This document shows, in pieces, positions 1-9,967 of a stretch of DNA of 64,000 nucleotides. Position numbers and translations under genes: made by a program. How positions within the stretch are numbered: position 1 is the stretch's first letter; each line of letters opens with the position of its first letter. This DNA is from an uncultured Solirubrobacteraceae bacterium (lineage in GTDB: Bacteria > Actinomycetota > Thermoleophilia > Solirubrobacterales > Solirubrobacteraceae). Location: positions 3,078 through 67,077 of the forward strand of contig CAVRTQ010000001.1 in the NCBI GenBank assembly GCA_963724195.1, read 5' to 3'. A model generated the notes under the pieces. The model was given only the letters and a program-made list of their open reading frames with translations. It did not search any database and had not been told where the DNA came from.

Positions 1-214
1 CGCCCATACGACCGGGCATGTTGACGTCCATGAGGACGACATCGGGCGCGAAGCTCGGCACGAGCCGCAGCGCCGCGTCGCCACCGTCGGCCTCCTGGAC
101 CGTGAAACCTTCCTGCTCGAGCAGCTCCCGTAGGCCCGTACGGAATAACTGGTGGTCGTCGACAACCAGCACCCGCAGCGCCCGTTGTCCAGGTTTTCCT
201 GACATCGTGCCCAT
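1..214 (-). CDS. Response regulator, NarL/LuxR-type receiver (partial, runs off window start)
   Basis: Own translation: MGTMSGKPGQRALRVLVVDDHQLFRTGLRELLEQEG...PDVVLMDVNMPG; not in ORF track. Confidence 0.85.
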   Translation of the reverse strand, partial: MGTMSGKPGQRALRVLVVDDHQLFRTGLRELLEQEGFTVQEADGGDAALRLVPSFAPDVVLMDVNMPGRMG

Positions 215-519
215 GTCATCGGCGGATCCCTCGAGAATGAAGCGCGCCCGCCCATCGTGCCGCGTGCAGCCCCGGATCTCAAGGGCGGCCGTTCGGCGCG
301 GCCGGCTGACGCGTGGCTCGCCGCGCTCGCCGGCCGCGACAGGGGCGCCGAGCTCGCGGACGCTGAACTCGCGGGCCCCGGTCTAGCAGAGGTCACTCAT
401 ACACCGGGCATCGAGGCAGGCGGGGTCGCGAGGCGCGCCGCTCGCAGCACTTCGCCGTCGCCGTGGCGCTACTCGCGCTTCGGCCCAGAGGCGTAGCGAT
501 TGATCCGCGGACCCCGGGT

Positions 520-722
520 CTACGCGGCCGGCCGGTCGGCCTCACGGAGCAACTCGGCGAGCGTCTCGCTGGGCTTCTGCCCGCGCGCGTCGGCGATTCG
601 CGCGAGACGATGCGCATCCTCGCCGTCGACGACGACCATCAACCCGAACGTCGCTGACGGGTCGCCCTCGTGGAATCGAACGCGCTGTCGTCGAGCGAAC
701 GACAGCTACGGGCTGTGTCCAA
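520..722 (-). CDS. Second, diverged and 5'-eroded copy of RHH/CopG-like antitoxin
   Basis: LDDSAF/HEGDPSATFGLMVVVDGEDAHRLARIADARGQKPSETLAELLREADRPAA*, paralogous to 774-1017; frameshift near 675; alternative ATG at 639. Confidence 0.55.
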
Positions 723-773
723 TCCTCGCCTGCCAGGCCCGATGCGCCGCGGATGGTCAGTGGACCGGCCAGC

Positions 774-1017
774 CTACGCAGGTGAGCGGTCGGCGTCACG
801 CAGCAGCTCGGCGACGACGTCGCTCGGCTTCTGGCCCCGCGCCTCCGCCATCCGCGTCAGCCGATGCGCATCCTCGCCATCGACGACTGAGCACGATTCG
901 TAGCCTCGCCGTCGGATCGCCCTCGTGGTACTCGAACGCGCTCTCATCGAGACGGTCGAGCTCAGCGTCAAAGTCGCCGGGCTGCGGGTCGGGGTCTGTC
1001 CATGGGTTCTTGGTCAT
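774..1017 (-). CDS. Putative RHH/CopG-like antitoxin (frameshift near 889)
   Basis: MTKNPWTDPDPQPGDFDAELDRLDESAFEYHEGD...VDGEDAHRLTRMAEARGQKPSDVVAELLR; acidic N-terminus, RHH-like C-terminus; 3 bp downstream of the toxin-like gene. Confidence 0.6.
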
Positions 1018-1020
1018 CGT

Positions 1021-1299
1021 CTAGCCACGCAGAATTCTACGCTCGACGAACGTCGCGCTCCAGCCGGTCACGACCAGCCACGTAGTCGGGTCGGACGTCT
1101 CCTCGATCACGAGCGTGAGCGCGCGGCCGCCATCGGTCCGCCCGATGAGCAGGCGGCGATGCTCCGGACCGCGGTCGTTGCGGACCACCACGTGCGCGTT
1201 CCGCACCAGTTGCTCGATCTCCCGCGACGAGACGCTCCGCGCGCCGAGCTTCTCAAGCGCGCGCACCGTGGTGACCAGCTCGTGGACGACGTCGGGCAC
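1021..1299 (-). CDS. BrnT-like (RelE superfamily) type II toxin
   Basis: 92 aa: EKLGARSVSSREIEQLV...RRLLIGRTDGGRALTLVI...VVTGWSATFVERR; toxin-before-antitoxin order as in brnTA. Confidence 0.6.
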   Translation of the reverse strand: MPDVVHELVTTVRALEKLGARSVSSREIEQLVRNAHVVVRNDRGPEHRRLLIGRTDGGRALTLVIEETSDPTTWLVVTGWSATFVERRILRG

Positions 1300-1441
1300 G
1301 CGTGCCGGTCTACCGGAAGCGCAGGACGGACTCGCGCGGGCGACCCTGCGATGTGCCCACAACCTGCGCCCATCGTCGTCATCGTCGTCTAGAAGGAGCC
1401 CGGCTACGCCTCTGCCAGGCGATCGGTGTATAGATGCCGCT

Positions 1442-1855
1442 ATGGCGCAGCCGCCCCGGGTCCCAGTCGATGCCGACGTCACAGACAAACCGCCTGCGGT
1501 GCCCATGCCGCCGTCGGAAATCGATCAGGCGCGGCGCACGTCCATGGCCGCGGAGCGCACGTGGCTCGCGTGGTGGCGCTCCGCGCTGGCCGCCAGCGCC
1601 GGCGCGCTCGCTGTCGGCCGCTTCGCACCAGAGGTGCTCCAGGTCGCTCCGTGGCCGTACATCATCCTCGGTTGCGCCTACGGGTCCCTGGCCGTCGGGC
1701 TGTTGATCGTCGGCGCGCAACGTCAACGTGAGTTGGAGATCGCGATGCGGACCGGCGGGCACAGGCCTCTGTCGTTCCGCACGGTCGGAGTGTTCACCGT
1801 CGGCGGCGTCGTGCTCGCCCTGGTGACCGTCGTGCTCGTGATCGCGCAGACCTGA
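1442..1855 (+). CDS. DUF202/YidH family membrane protein
   Basis: RTSMAAERTWLAWWRSAL motif plus three hydrophobic helices. Confidence 0.85.
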   Translation: MAQPPRVPVDADVTDKPPAVPMPPSEIDQARRTSMAAERTWLAWWRSALAASAGALAVGRFAPEVLQVAPWPYIILGCAYGSLAVGLLIVGAQRQRELEIAMRTGGHRPLSFRTVGVFTVGGVVLALVTVVLVIAQT

Positions 1856-1889
1856 CGCGGGCCCGTGTCGGGTTAGGCTGGCGCGCAAG

Positions 1890-2558
1890 ATGACACGGGT
1901 GGCCGAGTTCCTGCAGCTGCTCGGCGACGACGACCGCGCAGCGCTCGGCGGGATCGGACGCCGCGTCGCGGGCGACCGCCCAGACATCCTGCTCGCGCGC
2001 GGCGACGCCGCGGACCGGGTGCTCGTGCTCGAGTCCGGCCGGGTGAAGGTCACCGTGCCGACCACGGCGGGCACCGACGCCGTGCTCACGTTCCGCGGCC
2101 CGGGTGCGCTGCTCGGCGAGCAGGCGCTCGTCGACGAGTTGCCACGCTCGGCCGACGTGACCGCGGTCGAGCCGGTCACGCTGCTCGTCATCCCGGCCTC
2201 GGCGTTCAGGACGTTCCTGCGCGAGCGCCCGTCGGTCGCGCTCGCGATGCTCGCGATGTTGAGCTCCCGGCTGCGCGCGTCGGACCGCCGGCTGGCCGAG
2301 TTCGCGGCCGCGGACACGCTCGGCCGGGTGTGCGCGCGGCTGGCCGAGCTGTGCGACACCTACGGCGAGGCGGCCGCGGGCGGCAGCGTGCGCATCACCC
2401 TGCCGCTCAGCCAGGAGGACCTCGCGGGCTGGACCGGCGCCTCGCTCGAGTCGACCGCGAAGGCCTTGCGCGCCCTGCGCCAGCTCGGCTGGATCACGAC
2501 CGGGCGCCGTGCGATCGAGGTCCACGACGTTCAGGCGCTGCGGAATCGGGCGCCGTGA
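1890..2558 (+). CDS. Crp/Fnr family transcriptional regulator
   Basis: cNMP pocket GEQAL...PRSA and C-terminal HTH LSQEDLAGWTGASLES. Confidence 0.93.
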   Translation: MTRVAEFLQLLGDDDRAALGGIGRRVAGDRPDILLARGDAADRVLVLESGRVKVTVPTTAGTDAVLTFRGPGALLGEQALVDELPRSADVTAVEPVTLLVIPASAFRTFLRERPSVALAMLAMLSSRLRASDRRLAEFAAADTLGRVCARLAELCDTYGEAAAGGSVRITLPLSQEDLAGWTGASLESTAKALRALRQLGWITTGRRAIEVHDVQALRNRAP

Positions 2559-2606
2559 CGCCGCATCTCGGCTGACGTGCGACGCCGAGTTGGAGATGAT
2601 GAGGCC

Positions 2607-5600
2607 GTGAGATGCGGTCACTGCGGCTTCGCAGCCCCAGCCGGCATGAAGTTCTGCGGCGAGTGCGGCCGTCCGCTCGCGGTCGCCGACCGTGACGAGG
2701 GCTCGCAGCGGCGGCACGTGACCGTGATGTTCTGCGACATGGTCGGGTCGACGAACCTCGTCGATTCGCTCGACCCCGAGGACTTCCGCGAGATCCTGGC
2801 CGCCTACCAGCAGACGTGCGAGGCGGCCGTCCAGCACTACGACGGGTTCAGCGCGCAGTGGGCGGGCGACGGGCTGCTCGCCTACTTCGGCTACCCGCAG
2901 GCGCACGAGGATCAGGCGCAACGCGCGGTCCACGCCGGGTTGCAGATCGTGGCGGAGATCGAGCAGTGCAGCGCGCGGCTCAACGTGCCGCTGCAGGTGC
3001 GGGTCGGCCTGCACAGCGGGCTCGTGGTGACCGGCGAGGTGGGGACGGGCGGGGCGCGCCTGGAGCGGGCGGTCGTCGGCACGACGCCGCACATCGCGGC
3101 GCGCCTGCAGTCGCTCGCCGCGCCCGGGACCGTCGTCGTCAGCGACGCGGTGCGCGAGCTCGTCGACCGGCACTTCGTGCTCGAGCCGCTGGGCGAGCAC
3201 GCCTTGCGGGGCGTCGCGCGCCCGGTCGGGGTCCACCGCGCGCTGCGCGCGACCGGCGTCGTCGGCCGGCTCGACGTGGTGGGACCGCGCGCGCTGAAGC
3301 CGATGGTCGGTCGCGACGCCGAGTTCACGCAGCTCGAGACCGCCTGGGGACGAGCCGCCGGCGGGCGCGGGGCGATCGTCCACATCCCCGGCGAGGCGGG
3401 CATCGGCAAGAGCCGGCTTGTCCGCGCGCTGACCGAGAAGGTCGGCGGCGCGCACGTTTGGCAGTGCTCGTCGCATCACGGCAGCACGTCGCTGTATCCG
3501 GTCATCCAATACCTCGAGCGGCGGCTCGGGCTCGAGCGGTCCGAGCCGCCCGAACGCCAGGTCGGCGCGCTGACCCGCTCGGTGCTCGACGTCGGCCTCG
3601 ATCCCGGCACGACCGTGCCGTTTCTCGCCGAGTTGCTCGGCGTCGACACGGGCGAGCGGACGGAGCTCGCGCCGATCGACGCCAGGACCGCGACGATGCG
3701 GGCGATCGAAGCGCTGCTCGCGGCCGACGCCGCGGTCGACCCGCTGCTGCTCGTCGTCGAGGATCTGCACTGGGCGGACCCGACGACGATCGAGCTGCTC
3801 GGCCGCCTCGCGACGGAGCTCCCCCGCCACCGGGTGCTGTGCGTCGCGACCTACCGGCGCGAGTTCGAGCCGCAGTGGGCCGCCGACCGCACGATCGCGC
3901 TCGGGCCGCTGACGCAGGCCGACGTGCGCGCGATGGTCGCGGCGAGTGGCCTCGACACCGACCTGTCGGGCGCCGACGGCGTCCCGCTGTTCATCGAGGA
4001 GCTGCTGAAGCTGCTGGCGCTCCAGGACCATCGCGACCGCGACGACTCCACGGCCACGCTGGTGCCGCCGACGCTCCAGGGACTGTTGACGCAGCGGCTC
4101 GAGCGGCTGCCGGAGTACAGCGACGTGATCGACGTCGCGGCGGTGCTCGGCCGCGAGTTCGAGGTGGAGCCGATCGCGGCCCTGGTGCCGCTCGACGGCG
4201 CGATCGCGAAGCTCGTCGAGCACGAGGTGATCCGCCCCGTGGACGGCTTCACGACCCGGTTCGAGTTCACGCACGCGCTCCTGCAGGACGCGGCGTACAC
4301 GCGGCTGCTGCGCCGGCGCCGGCGCGCGTTGCACGGCCAGGTGGCCGCGCTCCTCACCACGCGCTTCGAGGCGCTCGCCGAGCGCGAGCCCGAGATCGTC
4401 GCCCACCACTGGCGCCGCGCGGGGGAACCGGGCAAATCCGTCCCGTTCTGGCAGGCGGCCGGAGAGCGGGCCATCGCCCGGGCCGCGTTCGTCGAGGCCG
4501 CCGACCATTTCCGCAGCGGTCTGGACGCGCTCGAGCAGGCCGGTGCCGACGCGGGTGACCGGTCCGAGCTCCTGATCCACCTCGGGGCCTCGCTGCAGGC
4601 GGGAATCGGCTACGCCGCACCCGGCGTGGACGAGGCCTACGCGGAGGCGCGCCGGCTCGGCGTCGGCCACCGGCTGGCGTTCGTCCTGCGCGGGCAGTGG
4701 GCGTTCCACCTGCTGCGCGCCGAGTACGGGACGGCCGAGGGCTACGCGAACGATCAGCTCGAGCTCGCCGAGCGCACCGGCGACGCGGCCCTGCTGGCCG
4801 ACGGGCACTACGGCCGCGGGATGGTGCACCTGTACCGGGGCGAGTTCGAGCTCGCCCGCTCGCACCTGACCGAGTCCTACGACCGCTACACGCCGCGCGC
4901 CCCTACCGACTGGCTCAGCCAGGCCGAGGGCGACACCGGGGTCGCGGCCCTCGCCTACAACTCGTCGGTGCTGTGGAACCTCGGGGAGGCGCAGGAGTCG
5001 CTGTGGCGCAGCGATCTCAGCCTCGAGCTCGCCGAGCAGGTGGGCGGGCCCGTGACCCGCGCCCAGGCGTGGGGCATGCGCGCGCTGCTGCACCTCGCGC
5101 GTGTGGAGCCGACCGAGTTCGCCCGCTGGACCGAGCGCACGCGCGCGCACAGCGTCGACCACAACGTCGGCTACTGGCGGGCGCTGGCGTCCCTGCTCGA
5201 CGGTGCGCTGCAGGCACGCGCGGGGAAGCTCGAGGCGGGCTGCGCGCTCGTCGACGGCGCGCTGGCGGCGTACCAACGCTCCGGCTCGCGGCTGGGTCTC
5301 TCACGCTTCTATGTGCTGCAAGCCGATCTGCGGCTGCTCTCCGGCAACCACGCGGGAGCGTTCGCGTCGCTGGAAGCGGCCGAGGAGCACACGGTCAGCA
5401 CGGGCGAGCGGTACACGGAGGCCGAGCTGCATCGCTTCAAAGGCAGGCTGCTGATGGCGCAACCGCACCCCGACTTCGAGGCGGCGACCGCGGCGTTCGA
5501 GCAGGCAGTCGCGGCCGCGCACCGGCAGCACGCGACGCTGCTGGAGTTGCGCGCGGCGACGACCCTCGCGCTGCACCAGCGGCAGACCGGCGCGCCCGCG

Positions 5601-5711
5601 ACGGCGCTCGAGCGGGTCGCGCAGCTGAGCGACCGCTTGTCCGCGCACTCCGCGCTCGCCGACCTCGTCCAGGCGCGCGGGCTGCTCGATCAGCCGGTGG
5701 CGGCCCGATGA
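2607..5711 (+). CDS. Class III adenylate/guanylate cyclase with zinc ribbon, AAA/STAND ATPase and TPR region
   Basis: CGHC...CGEC ribbon; TVMFCDMVGST, AGDG, AARLQ; Walker A GEAGIGKS; Walker B LLVVEDLHWAD; helical C-terminus. Confidence 0.93.
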   Translation: MRCGHCGFAAPAGMKFCGECGRPLAVADRDEGSQRRHVTVMFCDMVGSTNLVDSLDPEDFREILAAYQQTCEAAVQHYDGFSAQWAGDGLLAYFGYPQAHEDQAQRAVHAGLQIVAEIEQCSARLNVPLQVRVGLHSGLVVTGEVGTGGARLERAVVGTTPHIAARLQSLAAPGTVVVSDAVRELVDRHFVLEPLGEHALRGVARPVGVHRALRATGVVGRLDVVGPRALKPMVGRDAEFTQLETAWGRAAGGRGAIVHIPGEAGIGKSRLVRALTEKVGGAHVWQCSSHHGSTSLYPVIQYLERRLGLERSEPPERQVGALTRSVLDVGLDPGTTVPFLAELLGVDTGERTELAPIDARTATMRAIEALLAADAAVDPLLLVVEDLHWADPTTIELLGRLATELPRHRVLCVATYRREFEPQWAADRTIALGPLTQADVRAMVAASGLDTDLSGADGVPLFIEELLKLLALQDHRDRDDSTATLVPPTLQGLLTQRLERLPEYSDVIDVAAVLGREFEVEPIAALVPLDGAIAKLVEHEVIRPVDGFTTRFEFTHALLQDAAYTRLLRRRRRALHGQVAALLTTRFEALAEREPEIVAHHWRRAGEPGKSVPFWQAAGERAIARAAFVEAADHFRSGLDALEQAGADAGDRSELLIHLGASLQAGIGYAAPGVDEAYAEARRLGVGHRLAFVLRGQWAFHLLRAEYGTAEGYANDQLELAERTGDAALLADGHYGRGMVHLYRGEFELARSHLTESYDRYTPRAPTDWLSQAEGDTGVAALAYNSSVLWNLGEAQESLWRSDLSLELAEQVGGPVTRAQAWGMRALLHLARVEPTEFARWTERTRAHSVDHNVGYWRALASLLDGALQARAGKLEAGCALVDGALAAYQRSGSRLGLSRFYVLQADLRLLSGNHAGAFASLEAAEEHTVSTGERYTEAELHRFKGRLLMAQPHPDFEAATAAFEQAVAAAHRQHATLLELRAATTLALHQRQTGAPATALERVAQLSDRLSAHSALADLVQARGLLDQPVAAR

Positions 5712-7271
5712 CGCACGTCACGATCGCCGGCGGCGGACTGGCCGGGCTGAGCGCGGCCCTCCGGCTCGCCGAGCGCGGGTACCGGGTCAAGCTCTACGAG
5801 AGCAAGGACGTGCTGGGCGGGAACGTCGCCTCGCGGCACGTCGGCGAGCGCGTGTGGCTCGACGTCTACCCGCACATGTACCTCAACTGGTACCACAACT
5901 TCTGGGCGCTGCTGGCGGACGTGACCGACGCCGACCGCGAGCAGCTGTTCCGCCCGATGGAGGGCGTGCAGTGGCTGCGGGCGGGGACGTACCCGCGCTT
6001 CCGCGGCCTCAAGAACCCGTACCGGCCGCGCAACCTGCTCCGGAACCTGATCGACGGTCCGGCGCCGGCGGCGGACCTGTACCTGTTCCTGTACGCGAGC
6101 ATCGACCTGATGGCCGAGCGGCTGCACCCGACGCTCCGGCTCGGCGACGTGAGCGTGAACGGGTTCCTGCGCGCCCGCCCGTACATGACCGAGCGCACCG
6201 CGGAGTTCTTCGACGGCCTGATCGTCGACATCTGGGGCATCCCGAGCTACCTCGCCGCCGCCGACGACTACCAGGAGTTCCTCGAGTACAGCGTCGCCGA
6301 CCCGTCGCCGCCCTTCTGGCTCGCGCGCGGCTCGGGGCACGACCAGGTGCTCGCGCCGCTCGAGGCCAAGCTGCGGGCGCTCGGCGTCGAGATCGAGCTT
6401 GCGACGCAGCTCGTCAGCGCCTCGTGCGCGAAGGGGCGCGTGACGGAGATCGGCCTGCGCGACGCGGACGGCGAGACCCGCACCGAGGACGTCGACGAGC
6501 TCCTGCTGGCGTTGCCGCCCGCGGCCCTGTCGCGCATCGTGCGACTCGGCGAAGCGCCGATCGTGAAGGCGTCACCGCAGATCGCCGAGGTGGCGCGGCT
6601 GAGCGCGCAGCCCGTTCCGCTGATCCATGTCTACTTCACGCGGCGCCTGCAGGTCCCCGCCGAGCCGACCGCGCTGTCGGGCTCCTCGCTCGGTCTCGCC
6701 TTCACGGACATCTCGCAGACGTGGGACCACGTGCCGGACTTCGCCGGCGCCGGGACGGTGCTCGCGCTCTCCTCGTCGGACCCGTTCGGGCTCCCGGGCA
6801 CCGGCGCGCGGGATGACGCGATGGCGATCCTGCGCGAGGCGGCGGACTACCTGGAGTTCGAGCTGGGCGACGCGTGGGGCGACTCGCGCGACATCGACTG
6901 GGCCGAAGACGACCTACGAGGGCAACGCGGACACGACGCTGTTCGTCAACGAGACCGGGACGGACGTATGGCGGCCCAAGGCGGCGGACCCGCGGCTGCC
7001 GAACCTCTCGTACGCCGGCGACTACTGCGACAACCGGATCGGCATGACGACGATCGAGTCGGCGGTCACCAGCGGGCTCGAGGCGGCCGCCGCGATCGTG
7101 GCGCGCCGCGGCGGCAAGCCGGTGGAGATCCGCGAGCCACGCGCGCTCCCCCAGCCGCTGTGGCTCTGGCTGCGCTACGCGTGCCTGCCGTACGCCGCCG
7201 GGGCCAGCCTGTGGTCACGCGGGAGCGATCTGGCGGCGGACGTGTGCCGCCGCGCCGGGCTTCAGCGCTGA
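5708..7271 (+). CDS. FAD-dependent oxidoreductase, HpnE/carotenoid desaturase (amine oxidase)-like; frameshift near 6903
   Basis: TIAGGGLAGLSAALRLAERG dinucleotide fold; C-terminal PNLSYAGDYC...TIESAVTSG; ATGA overlap with cyclase. Confidence 0.8.
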
Positions 7272-8186
7272 GAGAGCGGCCGCACCTGGTCGACGAGCGC
7301 GAGCAACGGTCCCGGTGTGTCGGCGAACCGCCGCGCCTCCTCACGGGCGGCGTCGGCGATCCCGTCCAGCACCTTCTCAGCGTCGTCGAGTTGCTCGCGG
7401 CAGCGGAGCGCCAGCGTCGCCAGCCGGTCGGGGTCGTCGTCGTCGATCAGGAACAGCGCGCGGGTCTGCGGATCACGGATCGCCAGCGCCGCGGGCAGCG
7501 TGAGGATGCCGTCGCGGATGTCCTCCTCCCCGCCGCCGCCGAGCGCCTCGAGCCCGCGTTGATCGCCGACGTCGTCGCAGCCGTGGTAGAGGACGCCGAC
7601 CAGATGCCCGTAGTGGCGCAGGCGCTCCGAGCGCGCGCCGAGCACGGCGCAGATCTCGAACATCGAGCCGGTGTCCTCGCCGGCGATCCGCCGCCAGTCC
7701 TCGACCCCCAGCGGCTGCCGGCGCAGCCGCCACTGCAGGCACTCCGCGGCGGCGAGGCGGCGCAGCAGCTCGGCCAGGTGGCGGATCGCGAACGGGTCCT
7801 CGGCGAAGGCGTCGAACGCGTCGGCGACCAGGTACCCGGAGCTCATCGAGCGCGTTCAGCGACCCGAAGCGCTTCTGGATGGTGTCGATGCCGCGCCGCT
7901 CGTCGGACTCGTCGAGCACGTCGTCGATGACGAGCGACATGTTGTGCATGAGCTCCATCGCGAACGCCAACTCGATCGCGTCCTCGCCCGGCGGGCCCTG
8001 CGTGGCGCGATGGCAGGCGAACAGGGTGAGCGGGCGATAGTGCTTCGGCGTGCCCGCAAAGGCCCACGCCAACGACTCGCGCATCTCCGCGTCGACGCCC
8101 TCCAACCAGGTCGCCAGCCGCGCCCGTAGCCGCTCGATCTCCTCGGTCTCGCCCAGTGCCGCGATGACGCCGTCGGCCACCGTCAC
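7262..8186 (-). CDS. Polyprenyl synthetase (trans-IDS) family; frameshift near 7847
   Basis: PKHYRP, MELMHNMSLVIDDVLDESDERRG (first DDxxD), YHGCDDVGD (second), EDIRDGILTLP. Confidence 0.88.
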
Positions 8187-8503
8187 GGCTTCACCCGGGT
8201 GGGCCGGTACGGGCGCGGAGCGGGTGCCTCGGCCGGGCGGGTGCGCAGGTCGAACTCCTCGAGCCCGCGGCGCAGCTCGCGCCAGGAGACCTCGGCGGTC
8301 TCGCGCGCGAGCGCGATCAACTCGTCGCGGAACACGCCCTGCTCGAAGCTCCCGTCGCGGGTGCTGGCCCGCACCGCCACGGGGATCAGCGGCGGTGTGC
8401 GGCGCGCGACCGTGACCGCGCATCTCGATCCCACGCGGGCGGCGGTGGCGGCGCCCACGAGCGAACCCGTGGCGAGCATGCGGGGGACGAGCAGGCGGGT
8501 CAA
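8183..8503 (-). CDS. Hypothetical protein coupled to polyprenyl synthetase
   Basis: 106-aa ORF with GTGA overlap; in-frame ATG at 8542 is separated by a TAG at 8516-8518. Confidence 0.55.
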   Translation of the reverse strand: MTRLLVPRMLATGSLVGAATAARVGSRCAVTVARRTPPLIPVAVRASTRDGSFEQGVFRDELIALARETAEVSWRELRRGLEEFDLRTRPAEAPAPRPYRPTRVKP

Positions 8504-8577
8504 CGCCGCGGAAGGCTACTGGCTGAACGTGTCAAACGACATGGTGGCGAGGGACCCGCCGGCGGATGCTCCGCTCA

Positions 8578-9917
8578 ATGAACGCACTCGCCAGAACGCT
8601 GCTCCTCCCGCTCGTCGCCGGCGCGCTCGCCGTCGCCGCCCAGCCGGCCGCCGCGGCCAAGCTCGACACGCCGTGGACCGGGTCCGGCCCCGGAACCCTC
8701 AAGCCCGTCCCGGCCGGCGCCGACGCCGACGCGCAGCTCGACTACCAGGCCCCGGGTGCGTTCAACGGCTCCTGGAGCTACAGCGCCGTCGCGGGCTCGA
8801 CACGCACGCGTGCCCGTCGAGTACCAGGCGTCCGGCTTCTACGGCTGGTACGCGGTGCGCACGAAGCTCGAGCGCTTCGTCGTCCGCGGCGGCAAGGAGA
8901 TCTCGACGCTGCAGCTCGCGGCCCAGGGCCCGGCCAACTGCTGCGACGCGCCGTCCGGCGGCTTCACCTACAAGGGCAAGACGACGTTCGAGGTCGAGAA
9001 GGGCGACGTCTACGGCCTGCGCATGTCCGGCGACCACTTCACCAGCGGCCCGGTCATGAGCGGCTCGATCGTGCTGCGCGAGGTCGACTCCACCCCGCCC
9101 GTGATCACGCCGGTCGTGACCGGCAAGGAGGGCGCCAACGGCTTCCACACCGGCCCGGTCAAGGTGGAGTGGAAGCTCGCCGACGACGACTCGCGGATCC
9201 TCAGCCAGAAGGGCTGCGAGCCCGTGACGGTGACCGAGGACACGGCCGGGAAGGCGCTCACGTGCACGGCCGCGTCGCGCGGTGGTTCGGCCGCCCGGAG
9301 CGTCACGGTCAAGCTCGACAGCGTCGCCCCCGAGCTCTCCGTGCCCGCCGCGGTCGCCGTGCAGGCCGCCACCTCCGGCGGCGCAGCCGTGAGCTACAAG
9401 ACCTCCGCCACCGACACCGTCGACCCTGAGCCGACCGTCTCGTGCTCGCCCGCCTCCGGCAGCGTCATGGCGGTCGGCACCACGAGCGTCTCGTGCACGG
9501 CCACCGACGCCGCCGGCCACACCACCACCAAGGCCTTCGACGCGCTCGTCGTCGCGCCGAGCCCCACTTCCGGTGTTGCCCTCCCCCGGGCAGCCGGGCC
9601 TGAAGCCGATCAACGCCGTGCTCGCCTTCCGCTTCAAGATCGCCAAGAACACGACCCGGATCGTGCAGCTGCAGGTCAAGAACATCCCGGCCGGCGCGAC
9701 CGTGCTCGTCAGCTGCAAGGGCACCAGCTGCCCGAAGAAGCTGCGTGGCCGCGGGCTGAAGCTGACGTCCAAGGGCTCGTCGGTGAGCCTGGCCACGCTG
9801 ATCAAGACCGGCCTGCGCAGCGGGACCACGCTCAACGTGACGATCTCGAGCCCCGGCGCGATCACGACGATCAAGACGCTCACGGTCCGCAAGGGCAAGT
9901 CGCCCGTCGTCAAGTAG
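8578..9917 (+). CDS. Secreted multidomain protein: unnamed Cys-Cys domain, Ig-like and HYR domains, basic C-terminal domain (frameshifts near 8810 and 9570)
   Basis: Signal peptide MNALARTLLLPLVAGALAVAAQPAAA; HYR-like ATDTVDPEPTVSCSPASGSVMAVGTTSVSCTATDAAG; C-terminal VSCKGTSCPKK. Confidence 0.75.
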
Positions 9918-9967
9918 CGCCGCCCGCCTTCCTCCCCTCCCCACCCCCCTCTCTCACAGGAGACCTC

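Noticed and set aside
1890-2558. Family 2B encapsulin next to terpene genes
   Set aside because: The protein is a plain 222-aa Crp with HTH and no HK97 shell domain
8516-8542. In-frame TAG after ATG 8542 as possible amber recoding
   Set aside because: No pyl machinery seen; a sequencing error or the TTG start at 8503 is simpler
9921-9950. C-run tract (possible G-quadruplex on the minus strand) before the protease RBS
   Set aside because: Such runs are common at this GC content; no supporting evidence
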